32,000 nucleotides of DNA from Opitutia bacterium KCR 482 (GTDB lineage: Bacteria; Verrucomicrobiota; Verrucomicrobiia; Opitutales; Intestinicryptomonadaceae). Location: NCBI GenBank assembly GCA_029269845.2, contig CP149973.1, positions 2,160,001 to 2,192,000 on the forward strand. The letters are read 5' to 3'. Both the position numbers and the translations under genes were made by a program. Positions 24,321-32,000 of the stretch are shown one piece after another; the first letter of the stretch is position 1; each line of letters starts with the position of its first letter. The notes beneath the pieces were generated by a model, which saw nothing but the letters and a program-made list of their open reading frames with translations, did no database searches and was not told the origin of the DNA.

Positions 24321-27300
24321 CTATTCGAGCGATTTGAGCATTGCCGCCGCCCAGAGGGTGTCGGGCTTGAGCTTCAAGGATTGGCGGAACGACTCTTTTG
24401 CGCGGGCGTCAAGCCCCACTCCAAGTTCGCCGAATCCCTTTGTCAGGAACATGCGCGAGTTGATGTTTTCGACGCTGTCGCCCGTAGTGCCCTCCGCGCC
24501 GTAGAAGTTTGTGTGCGTTTTCACCATGCCCTTCGCGCCGTCGTCGATAAGCGACTTGAAGATTGCGTCGGCTTCGGCGGTTTTGCCGAGCTTTTTGAGC
24601 GCGCGCGCCTTGTAGAAACGCCAGTTTGTCTTCTTTGTGTTGACAGCCGCCGCCTTTTGCCAGTTCGTTTTTGCGTTCGCGAAGTCGCCGAGTTTTTCGT
24701 AGGCGTCGCCGATGAGGCAGTAGGTTTGGGCGTCGCGGGGAATGCGGGTGTCGTAGAGGAAGACCTGATGGTTTTCGGGGAACTTGAAGCCCTCGTTGAA
24801 GAGCGCGATTGCGCCCTTTGCGTCGCCTTTGCCGAGCTTGTCAAGCCCCGCGAGAATTACGGCGTCGAGGTATGTTTCGTGGAAGTCGGCAACGCCCTCG
24901 CGAGTCGGGAAGTAGCATTCTTTGAGGAGCTTCAAAACCCTGTCGTAGTCGCCGACAAACGTGCCCGTGGATACTTCCGCCGCAAGCGGATAGTAGCGTT
25001 TGACGCACGTCGAATGGTTGTTTTTCAGCAGTTCGTAGCGTTCGGCGACGGGCGCGTTTGCGCCTTCGAGCACTTGGTCGATTTCCTCGAAGAACATCGC
25101 CTGCGAGTTGTCGAGCGCGATTGCCCTGCGGTAGTAGTCCGCCGCCTTCGGGCAGTTTTTGAAGTACTTCCAGTAGCCGTAGCCGATGTTGCGAAGCGCC
25201 ATTGCGTTTTTCGGGTCGAGTGAGAGCGACTTTTCCCATTCAGCCATGCCGCGCTCCGCCTGCTTGTCGTAGTAGGCGCAGCCGAGCCAGTAGCGGAGCC
25301 TTGCGCTTTGCGGGAAGTCGGCGGTTGCGTTTTCCATCAGAGCGATTGTTTCGAGCCTGAACGGATTGCACGATTCCTGCGGCATTGCGAGTGCGTCGCC
25401 GAAGAGCTTTTTGTATGCCTGCATGTCGCCGCGTTTTTTTGCGAACGCCGCGAGCCACATTTTGACCGTGGGGTAGGGGGCTTTTGCGTCGGCGCGTTCG
25501 AGCAGCTCGACGGCGTCGGCGTCGAAGCCGTTGTGCATGTAGGCGAGGGCGAGTTCGAGGTACGATTCCGCGTCGCCGCGCATGAGCTTTTCGAAGTCCG
25601 AATTTTCGCCGAGCAGCATTTTTTCACGCGCCGAATAGACGTCTACGGGGTCGATTGCCGAAACGCGGTCGAGGCACGCAAGCGCGGCCTTTTTATCGCC
25701 GAGTTTGCGCAGAATAGTCGCTTTCAGGTTGAGCGCGGGCAGGTTTGCGCCGTTGTAGAGTACGGCTTCGTCGAGGCGTTCGAGGGCGTTTTCATAGTCG
25801 CCCGCCTGCGAGTAAATCTGCGCAAGCTGGAAGTTTGCGGCCGAGTTGTACTGGTAGTTCCAGACCGCGCGGTAGAGCGTTTCGACGGCCTCGGCGGTCT
25901 TGCCTTCGGCTTTGAGGATAAGTCCGAGGTTGTAGGTTGCCTCGCAGTCGCGGGGGCGCGTGTAGTCTTTCGTCTGGCGGGCGATTGCGGTTGTGAGGTA
26001 TTTCTTCGCCTTTGCGAAGTCGCCGCGCAGCCGCCAGTAGACGCCCATTTGCGTGTTGGCGCGGGTGTCGCCGGGGTCGCGCCGGAGCACTTCAAGGAAG
26101 TAGTCGTTGGGGTTTACGAAGGGGTTGTGGAATTGCAGGTTGCGCATGCCCACAAGGAGGCATTCCTCGGTGTTCTCGATGTCGCGCGGCGCTTTGGGGG
26201 GCTTGACGATTTCGGGAAGCGGCTTGTTCGGGTCTTTGACCACGGGCGTGTACGAAAGCAGTGTTTTGCCGTCGGACGATTTCAGCGCGAGCGTGAACTC
26301 CGATTCCTTTGCGCCGGCGGGAACTTCGATTGTTTTGACGAAGGGCTTGTCGGGCGCGATGTCGATTTTCTGCGCGAAGATTTTTTTGCCTTTGAGAGAA
26401 AGCACAAGCTCCGCGCCGTCGGTTTTTTCGGTCGCGAGCGCGCCGAGCAGCATTTTTCCGCCGCCGAGCAAATCCATGTTGATTGCCGCGCGCTTCGAGC
26501 CTTTCTTGACGCCGCCGATGTCGCGCAGTCCGTACCAGTACTGCGAGAAATTTTTGATTTCGTAGGGGGTAATCCAAGTGTAGTCGGGCTGGTTGTCGGA
26601 GTACGCGCCCTGCATAAGCTCGATGTAGTGCCCCGCAGTGTCGGTGAGGATTTTCGTGGGCCAGCCAGAGTTTGCTCCCCACAGCCAGAACTTTCCGCCC
26701 TTTACGATGTTGTGGTTGCCGACGAGCATTGTACCCGCCTTGCGCCCGTGGTCGTAGCCTGCGATGAAGTCGTCTTTGAGGTCGTGGACGAAAACCGAGT
26801 TGTTCGACGGGTGGTTTTTCCACCACGAGATGTCGAGGTTGTTTTCGTACTCCTCCTTGCCCGTGTAGGCTTCGCGCGTAATCGGCCAGTGGCAGAAGCT
26901 TTCCTTGCAGTGGAACGTGCCGAATTCCGTGTTTTGCGGAAATATAATCTGGTAGTTTTTATCTACGTATGTGGAGACGTTCGACCAGTAGAGAATGGAG
27001 TTGTCGTTCATCGTTGTGTTGGCGAGGCGTCCGCTGATTTCGATGTAAGACTTGTCCGGGTGCAGCGTAACCCCGATTGCCCACGACATTCTGTGGCGCA
27101 GTTCGGTTTCGCCAAGCCACACGGTTTTGCTGCCGTCGGGGTTCGAGGTTATGGCGTAGCTTACGGGCATGTGCGACGTCGCGCGGTGGTGGTGGAACAC
27201 GTTCCATTCAACGCCGCCCGAAATCCACGCGCCCGTCATTCCGACGTTCGCGGGCTTGATTACGTCCTGATGGTAGAAGATGTCGTAGCCGTTTGTTTTG

Positions 27301-27617
27301 TCTACGGCGTAGAAAAGCCTGCCGCCGATTTCGGGCAGTATGCAGAGCTTGACGTACTTGTTTTCGAGGTACACCGCGTTGTACGACACGTCCTTTCTGA
27401 CGCGCGTCATGTTGTCGTTGAGGCGGTACGGGTAGACGCTGCGGCGGGCGCGTTGGTACGACCAGTCGCAGTCGAATATCGGCGACTTCTCCGCGGGGTC
27501 GAGCGGATATGTCGGGATTGTCGTTGTCTCCTCCCACGCCTTCACCGGGTCGGCGAAAAGCGGGATTGCCGCCTGCGCCGCGAGGACGGCGCAGAGTATT
27601 GCTGTTGTCTTTTTCAT
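24321..27617 (-). CDS. Secreted DUF5107-like domain protein with a long C-terminal TPR region (1098 aa)
   Basis: The ATG at 27617 gives MKKTTAILCAVLAAQAAIPLFA, a signal peptide. The N-terminal ~400 aa (LPEIGGRLFYAVDKTNGYDIFYHQDVIKP...GAWISGGVEWNVFHHHRATSHMPV) match my memory of DUF5107, which is aldose-epimerase-like. Many TPR-like repeats follow. Confidence 0.85.
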   Translation of the reverse strand: MKKTTAILCAVLAAQAAIPLFADPVKAWEETTTIPTYPLDPAEKSPIFDCDWSYQRARRSVYPYRLNDNMTRVRKDVSYNAVYLENKYVKLCILPEIGGRLFYAVDKTNGYDIFYHQDVIKPANVGMTGAWISGGVEWNVFHHHRATSHMPVSYAITSNPDGSKTVWLGETELRHRMSWAIGVTLHPDKSYIEISGRLANTTMNDNSILYWSNVSTYVDKNYQIIFPQNTEFGTFHCKESFCHWPITREAYTGKEEYENNLDISWWKNHPSNNSVFVHDLKDDFIAGYDHGRKAGTMLVGNHNIVKGGKFWLWGANSGWPTKILTDTAGHYIELMQGAYSDNQPDYTWITPYEIKNFSQYWYGLRDIGGVKKGSKRAAINMDLLGGGKMLLGALATEKTDGAELVLSLKGKKIFAQKIDIAPDKPFVKTIEVPAGAKESEFTLALKSSDGKTLLSYTPVVKDPNKPLPEIVKPPKAPRDIENTEECLLVGMRNLQFHNPFVNPNDYFLEVLRRDPGDTRANTQMGVYWRLRGDFAKAKKYLTTAIARQTKDYTRPRDCEATYNLGLILKAEGKTAEAVETLYRAVWNYQYNSAANFQLAQIYSQAGDYENALERLDEAVLYNGANLPALNLKATILRKLGDKKAALACLDRVSAIDPVDVYSAREKMLLGENSDFEKLMRGDAESYLELALAYMHNGFDADAVELLERADAKAPYPTVKMWLAAFAKKRGDMQAYKKLFGDALAMPQESCNPFRLETIALMENATADFPQSARLRYWLGCAYYDKQAERGMAEWEKSLSLDPKNAMALRNIGYGYWKYFKNCPKAADYYRRAIALDNSQAMFFEEIDQVLEGANAPVAERYELLKNNHSTCVKRYYPLAAEVSTGTFVGDYDRVLKLLKECYFPTREGVADFHETYLDAVILAGLDKLGKGDAKGAIALFNEGFKFPENHQVFLYDTRIPRDAQTYCLIGDAYEKLGDFANAKTNWQKAAAVNTKKTNWRFYKARALKKLGKTAEADAIFKSLIDDGAKGMVKTHTNFYGAEGTTGDSVENINSRMFLTKGFGELGVGLDARAKESFRQSLKLKPDTLWAAAMLKSLE

Positions 27618-27667
27618 ATGATGCTTTTGCGTGTTAAAGTTTTCGCATTCCGCAAACGGAATACGCA

Positions 27668-27696
27668 ATTCTACCATCGCGGAGGACTTAGGTCAA
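27668..27696 (-). promoter_or_regulatory. Near-consensus sigma70-like promoter of the DUF5107-like gene
   Basis: Minus strand: TTGACC (27696-27691), an exact 17-nt spacer, then TAGAAT (27673-27668), about 50 nt upstream of the ATG at 27617. Confidence 0.55.
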
Positions 27697-27708
27697 ATTC
27701 GCAAAAAC

Positions 27709-27734
27709 AACATCTTTTCTTAAAATAACATCTT
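27709..27734 (-). promoter_or_regulatory. Direct repeat AAGATGTT x2 (minus strand; plus strand AACATCTT at 27709-27716 and 27727-27734) just upstream of the -35; candidate activator site
   Basis: Two 8-nt perfect copies spaced 18 nt start to start, located about 13-43 nt upstream of the -35 hexamer. Confidence 0.35.
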
Positions 27735-27814
27735 GCGCCGGAAATGCCTGCGCGCAAAAAACGCGCCGCGAAGGGTGTTCGACTGGCGCGCGGAAATTCC
27801 GTTTTCCGGTTCGG

Positions 27815-28777
27815 CTACTCCGATTTTTCGCGGATTATGTAATGCGGGCGTCTCTTTGTTTCGAGGTAGATTTTCGACATGTACTGCCCGAGTATTCCGA
27901 GGCAGAACAGCTGCATTCCGCTCAGGAAAAATATCACGCAAATCATGGAGGTCCAGCCGAACGCCGAGTTGTGGAACATCAGCTGGCGTATCGAAAGCAC
28001 GACGATTGCGACCGCCGAGCACGCGCAGAACGCAAACCCGATTACCGCCGCCACCGCAAGCGGTATCGTCGAAAACGACGTGAGCGCGTCGAGCGAGTAG
28101 AGCAGCAGCCCCCAGAACGACCACTTCGATTTCCCCGCGGGGCGTTCGGCGTTGTCGTATTCAATCCACTTCGTCTTGAAGCCGACCCACTCGTATATTC
28201 CCTTCACGAACCTGTTGTATTCGGGGAGTTCGAGGACGGCGTCGAGCACCCTGCGCGTCATCAGGCGGTAGTCGCGCGCGCCTTCGGTGAATTTGAGCGG
28301 CGAGAGGGTGTTGAGTATTTTGTAGAAGATTTTTGCGCAGTACGAGCGCACGGGCGGCTCGCCGTCCCGCGTGCGTCGGCGGGCGGCGACGGAGTCGAAA
28401 CCGCCGTTGAGCACGGCGTCGAACATTTGCGGCAGCAGCGACGGCGGGTCTTGGAGGTCGGCGTCCATAATCGTGATGAAGTCGCCCTTTGCGGCTTTCA
28501 GCCCTGCGAACATCGCCGCCTCCTTGCCGAAATTCCGGCTGAACGAAATGAAGCGTATCCGCGCGTCGGCGCGCGACATCTCGCGCAGAATTTCGAGGGT
28601 GCGGTCTTTCGAGCCGTCCTCCACGAAAATTATTTCGAAGCGCGGGTTGCCCATTTCCGCCATTGTCCTGAAAAATTCGTTGCGGAAAATAGGCAGCATT
28701 TCCTCTTCGTCGCGGCAGGGCACGACCACGCTCAGGAGTCCGTCGAATGCGGGTTTTGTTTCGTTTGCGCTATCCAT
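27815..28777 (-). CDS. GT2-family polyprenyl-phosphate glycosyltransferase (GtrB/ArnC/DPM1-like)
   Basis: 320 aa with LSVVVPCRDEE, EDGSKDRT, NFGKEAAMFAGL, DADLQDPP (the DxD), and two C-terminal TM helices followed by YLETKRRPHYIIRE. This architecture is typical of GtrB/ArnC. Confidence 0.88.
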   Translation of the reverse strand: MDSANETKPAFDGLLSVVVPCRDEEEMLPIFRNEFFRTMAEMGNPRFEIIFVEDGSKDRTLEILREMSRADARIRFISFSRNFGKEAAMFAGLKAAKGDFITIMDADLQDPPSLLPQMFDAVLNGGFDSVAARRRTRDGEPPVRSYCAKIFYKILNTLSPLKFTEGARDYRLMTRRVLDAVLELPEYNRFVKGIYEWVGFKTKWIEYDNAERPAGKSKWSFWGLLLYSLDALTSFSTIPLAVAAVIGFAFCACSAVAIVVLSIRQLMFHNSAFGWTSMICVIFFLSGMQLFCLGILGQYMSKIYLETKRRPHYIIREKSE

Positions 28778-28828
28778 CTGAAAAACACAATGGCGCGGCG
28801 GGCGTTTTTTGCAACAAATAAAAAATCG

Positions 28829-31039
28829 TCAAAAGCGGCGGCGTCTTTCGAGAATTTTTGCGTCGTCGACGAAAACCGTTCCGCGCGTGTTTCCGACGAA
28901 AACGGAGAAGCTTGCCGACGCCGCGTTTTCGGGGGCTTTGGCGATTATCCTAAGCTTCGCGAAGTCGAAAAATCCCGACGGCGCCTGAATGCGCTTTGCC
29001 GAAATCTGCCTTCCGTTTTTGTCGGAGAACGACAGCCGCGCGTAGCAGACTTCGCCGATTCCCACGTTGCCGTGAATCCGCGCCTCCGCCGCGTAGACCT
29101 TTCCGCCCGACGCCCGAACGGAGTTCGTGATTCCGACGAAATTTTGCGACGACATCGCGACGGATTTCCGTCCCGAATACGCGCGTTTGTCCGACACCGC
29201 GAGCGTTTCGGGGCTTGCCGAAAGCTTGAATGTCCGCCAGCCCGCCAGCCCGTTTTCAAAGTCGGGGTTTTCCGAAATTCGGACGGCGTCGGCGGCGAGT
29301 TCGGTGAGTCTTGCGAAATCGTCGCCGAGTAGTTTTTTTGCGCGTTCGGCGGTTTGCGGATTTTTTAAAAGTCGCTCGCCGACAAGTTCTCGGGCGTCTA
29401 TAAAACTAATTTTTTTCCACACGGAGAAATCGAACTTCGGATATTTTGTATTTTCCGCGTAGCGTTCCATTGCGAGCCTTTTGCGGGTTTCGGCAATTTG
29501 CAGGGCTTCGAGGGTTTCGATTGCGTCGGCGTCGGACTCCGCGCCCTCGAAGAGTTTTTTTTGCAGCTTGTACGCGTCTACAAACGCCTTTGTGATGTCG
29601 AAAACGAGCCTGATTTCGCGCACTCTGTCGCGTTCGGTTTGCGTTGCGCCCTTCGCCGTTTCGGCGGCGGAGAGGGCCGATTCCATCTTGCCGATTGTGT
29701 CGGCGTCGAGCAGTTCCGCCTGCGATTCGCGCTTGTAGAGTTTGAGCCATGCGGGCTTGTCGCGCCTCGAAAGCCACGCGTTTTCGGCGGTCTCGAAAAA
29801 CTCGTCCACGCTCCCCGCGGCGTTTCCGAAATACGACCTGAAAAATTCGCCGCGCAGTTTGTCGGCGTCGGCGTTTGCGTCTTTGAGCAGCTTCGAGAGA
29901 ATGTACATTTTGTGCGCGTCGTACGCCCACAGCGGGCGGCTTTCGCAGACGTAGAGCGTCGCGCCGAGCCTCCGCGCGTATTTGAGCGAATCGGCAAGCA
30001 GTTTCGGCGAGCCGCGCGGCACAAAGTAGGGCGCGCCGTAGTTGTAGTCGTATATGCCGAGCCTGCCGATCCCCGACTTCGCCCATTTTTCGAGCAGCTT
30101 CAAGTCCTTTTTTCTCTCGGTTTCGTCGAAGTTGTTCTGCCTGTCGGCGCAGAGGAAAACTGCGGCGTTCGGCGACATTTTGAAGTCGGGCGGGTTCTCA
30201 GTGTAGAGGTAGGCGATTTCCGCGACGAGCCTGTCGGGATACCGCGCCGACACAGCGTTCGCGACGGCGTTTGTGAACGCGAACACCGCGTTTCCGTAGT
30301 CGGCGTATCCGTGCGGAGTGGTAGGGCGGCGCAGAAGCGCAGTCGGGGGCGTGTCGTCGAAGTTCGGCGCGTCGGCGTAGGAGACGCTGAACATTTTGCG
30401 GTCGGGGTGTTTTTCGAAAAATTCGCGGGTTTTGTCGGCGGCGAACTTTCTGACATCGACGTTTAGAAAGTCTATTTGCGGCTGTTTCGTTTCCGCGAAC
30501 GATATTCTTTTGCCGCGCCGCATTGCGAGCCAGTCGGGGTGTTCCGCCGCGACGGTAGCGTTTACAATGCGCGTAAGCGAGTGCGCCGAAAGCGCGTAGG
30601 TGTCGTTCTTGCCGTTTGCCGCCGCAAAGAATTTCGACGCGTCGTCGTACTGAGGAAAAAACCTGCCCGAATACGAAAATTTTTTCGACGCCTTTCCCGC
30701 GGCAAACTTTGCCGAGCCGTCGCGGACAATTCCGAGCGGCGGCGGCGCGAGGATTCGGACTCCCAAAAACTTTTCCGCAAATTCGCCGACGGCGGATTCT
30801 GCGTCGTCGGGGTTTGCGTAGTTTATTTCGGCGGAGCGTCCGCCCGCGCGGAGTTCGACGGAATCATCGGCAATGTCCGCATGCGAGATCGTTATTTTGT
30901 AGTTCGGCGGAAATTCGACCGCGCTTTCGGCAAGCAGGGTTTCGAGCATTTCGGCGGCGCGTTTTTCCGCGACAGTCGCCGCGCCCGCCGCGCAGGCGAG
31001 CGAAAGTGCGGAAGCCAGAACTGTCGGAAAAATGCGCAT
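28829..31039 (-). CDS. Secreted DUF4838-like (glycoside-hydrolase-like) protein with a C-terminal CBM4/9/22-like beta-sandwich
   Basis: 736 aa with signal peptide MRIFPTVLASALSLACAAGA. The central region resembles DUF4838 proteins (from memory, unverified). The C-terminal SENPDFENGLAGWRTF...GKVYAAEARIHGN... looks like a carbohydrate-binding module. Confidence 0.8.
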   Translation of the reverse strand: MRIFPTVLASALSLACAAGAATVAEKRAAEMLETLLAESAVEFPPNYKITISHADIADDSVELRAGGRSAEINYANPDDAESAVGEFAEKFLGVRILAPPPLGIVRDGSAKFAAGKASKKFSYSGRFFPQYDDASKFFAAANGKNDTYALSAHSLTRIVNATVAAEHPDWLAMRRGKRISFAETKQPQIDFLNVDVRKFAADKTREFFEKHPDRKMFSVSYADAPNFDDTPPTALLRRPTTPHGYADYGNAVFAFTNAVANAVSARYPDRLVAEIAYLYTENPPDFKMSPNAAVFLCADRQNNFDETERKKDLKLLEKWAKSGIGRLGIYDYNYGAPYFVPRGSPKLLADSLKYARRLGATLYVCESRPLWAYDAHKMYILSKLLKDANADADKLRGEFFRSYFGNAAGSVDEFFETAENAWLSRRDKPAWLKLYKRESQAELLDADTIGKMESALSAAETAKGATQTERDRVREIRLVFDITKAFVDAYKLQKKLFEGAESDADAIETLEALQIAETRKRLAMERYAENTKYPKFDFSVWKKISFIDARELVGERLLKNPQTAERAKKLLGDDFARLTELAADAVRISENPDFENGLAGWRTFKLSASPETLAVSDKRAYSGRKSVAMSSQNFVGITNSVRASGGKVYAAEARIHGNVGIGEVCYARLSFSDKNGRQISAKRIQAPSGFFDFAKLRIIAKAPENAASASFSVFVGNTRGTVFVDDAKILERRRRF

Positions 31040-31097
31040 GTCGGGGGATAATGGTGGAGGTCGGGCGCGGATTTGTCAAACACAAGCCGCCGTTTTT

Positions 31098-31116
31098 CCA
31101 AAAGTATCCAAAGTAT
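31098..31116. repeat. Tandem repeat CCAAAAGTAT / CCAAAGTAT in the divergent intergenic region
   Basis: Read directly at 31098-31107 and 31108-31116. It abuts the -35-like TTGACT of the tail-fibre-like gene. Confidence 0.8.
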
Positions 31117-31118
31117 TT

Positions 31119-31146
31119 TTGACTAAAATTCGGGAGCGGATAAAAT
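31119..31146 (+). promoter_or_regulatory. Putative promoter of the tail-fibre-like gene, with geometry implying a near-leaderless mRNA
   Basis: TTGACT (31119-31124), a 16-nt spacer, then TAAAAT (31141-31146). Only 7 nt separate the -10 from the ATG at 31154. Confidence 0.4.
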
Positions 31147-31153
31147 CGCGCAC

Positions 31154-32000
31154 ATGAATGCAACAACGCAGATTAAAAATACCGTAAAGATATGCGCCGA
31201 CTCAAAGCGTTTCGACTCCCCGACGGATTCCGAAACGGGGTCGGCTGTAAAATTCAGACAGTTCGACGCCGTCCAGTTTTGCGTAGTTTTCAGGACGAAC
31301 GGCGCGCTTGCCGACCTCTCGAACGCCGCGTATGCCGAGCTTGAAATCTCCGACATCGGCGCGTTGAACCGCCCCGAACCGCGCACCGCAAGCGTCCTTG
31401 TCCGCAAGCGCGTATCCGCGCTGGAAACGTCGCTCGACGAATCCGCCGTCGCGTCGGGAAGCTGCCACGCGACTTTCGAATTGGACAAGTCCGACACGAA
31501 AATCGACGCGGGCGAAAAGTGGCTGCGCATCTACGCGGTCGATTCAGACGGCTCGCGCACGTCGTTTGCAAACGGCTGGATTTTCGTAGAACCGACATAC
31601 GGTGAGGATTCAAATTTGGCGACGCCCGACGACCTGAAATACTTGGTGTCGGCGCGCGACTACGCCGAAGTTTCGGAGGGCTACGCAAACGGCGGCGGCG
31701 CGGGGCTTTCCGAAACATCGCCCTATTATAAAAACAACTCGAAGTATTTTTCCGAACAGGCGAAAGCGCATACGGAGTCTTCTTCCGCGTACGCCGCGCA
31801 GGCGGAAAGCTCCGCGCAGTCCGCAGAGGCGTCGGCGGGAATTGCGGGCGGCTACGCTTCGAACGCGGCGGATTCCGCGGCGTTTGCTTCCGTTCAGGCG
31901 GAAAGCGCGTCGGCTTCGGCAAGTTCGGCGCAGTCTGCAAAGGCGGAGGCGGAATCGGCAAAGACAGCCGCCCAGCTTGCCGCGGCAAGCGCATCTTCTT
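31154..32000 (+). CDS. Phage-tail-fibre-like protein, N-terminal 282 aa (3' end lies outside the window); absent from the supplied ORF track
   Basis: My own translation from the ATG at 31154 (in-frame TAA upstream at 31124) is open to nt 32000: MNATTQIKNTVKICADSKRFDSP...WLRIYAVDSDGSRTSFANGWIFVEPTYG...YYKNNSKYFSEQAKAHTESSSAYAAQAESSAQSAEASAGIAGGYASNAADSAAFASVQAESASASASSAQSAKAEAESAKTAAQLAAASASS. The KY(Y/F)xEQA motif followed by Ala/Ser heptad-like repeats is typical of phage tail fibre shafts. Codon usage resembles neighbouring genes. The overlapping minus-strand ORFs are Arg/Pro- or Ser-rich and look spurious. Confidence 0.8.
   Translation, partial: MNATTQIKNTVKICADSKRFDSPTDSETGSAVKFRQFDAVQFCVVFRTNGALADLSNAAYAELEISDIGALNRPEPRTASVLVRKRVSALETSLDESAVASGSCHATFELDKSDTKIDAGEKWLRIYAVDSDGSRTSFANGWIFVEPTYGEDSNLATPDDLKYLVSARDYAEVSEGYANGGGAGLSETSPYYKNNSKYFSEQAKAHTESSSAYAAQAESSAQSAEASAGIAGGYASNAADSAAFASVQAESASASASSAQSAKAEAESAKTAAQLAAASASS

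Noticed and set aside
27741-27790. Possible terminator after the GT2 gene (CGCGCC ... GGCGCG with a T-run on the minus strand).
   Set aside because: The stem is only 6 bp with a ~17-nt loop, so it is too weak to call. GT2 transcripts may read toward the strong DUF5107-like promoter region instead.
31050-31060. A 10-nt match (CTCCACCATT, inverted orientation) to the 3' end of tRNA-Ala plus flank, as a possible att site bounding an island.
   Set aside because: It is short enough to be expected by chance when scanning about 20 windows against both strands of 32 kb. It is also in inverted rather than direct orientation, and no integrase is present.

Overview
GC-rich bacterial chromosomal window. 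Gene content loosely suggests a PVC-type (Lentisphaerae/Verrucomicrobia-like) organism, but taxonomy cannot be established here. I call 23 protein-coding genes (2 truncated by the window edges), 2 tRNAs and several hairpin terminators and promoter-like sites. Left to right: the 3' end of a TolC-family gene; a 1554-aa secreted protein with about ten tandem Ig-like repeats; squalene-hopene cyclase abutting a PfkB sugar kinase. On the minus strand follow an acyl-ACP thioesterase / membrane protein / guanylate kinase / small ORF string, then a complete Bat (aerotolerance-type) operon: moxR, DUF58, DUF4381-like, batA, a batB-batC fusion, batD, batE. The rest is a secreted protein with a long acidic tail, hpf, an SDR oxidoreductase, tRNA-Leu(GAG) and tRNA-Ala(CGC), then an accessory-looking block (AraC regulator, DUF5107-like/TPR protein, GtrB-like GT2, DUF4838-like/CBM protein). 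A phage-tail-fibre-like ORF runs off the right edge and is absent from the supplied ORF track. No CRISPR array, transposase, integrase, rRNA or recognisable defence system was seen. Most of the window is ordinary and I cannot point to one clear novel system. The most unusual items are the Ig-repeat protein with a conserved unpaired Cys, the BatB-BatC fusion with an internal signal-peptide-like segment and a ~150-aa Q/N-rich tract, the uncharacterised glycan-type cluster next to the tRNAs, and the edge tail-fibre-like gene. All family names come from motif recognition by eye and need HMM or structure searches to confirm.
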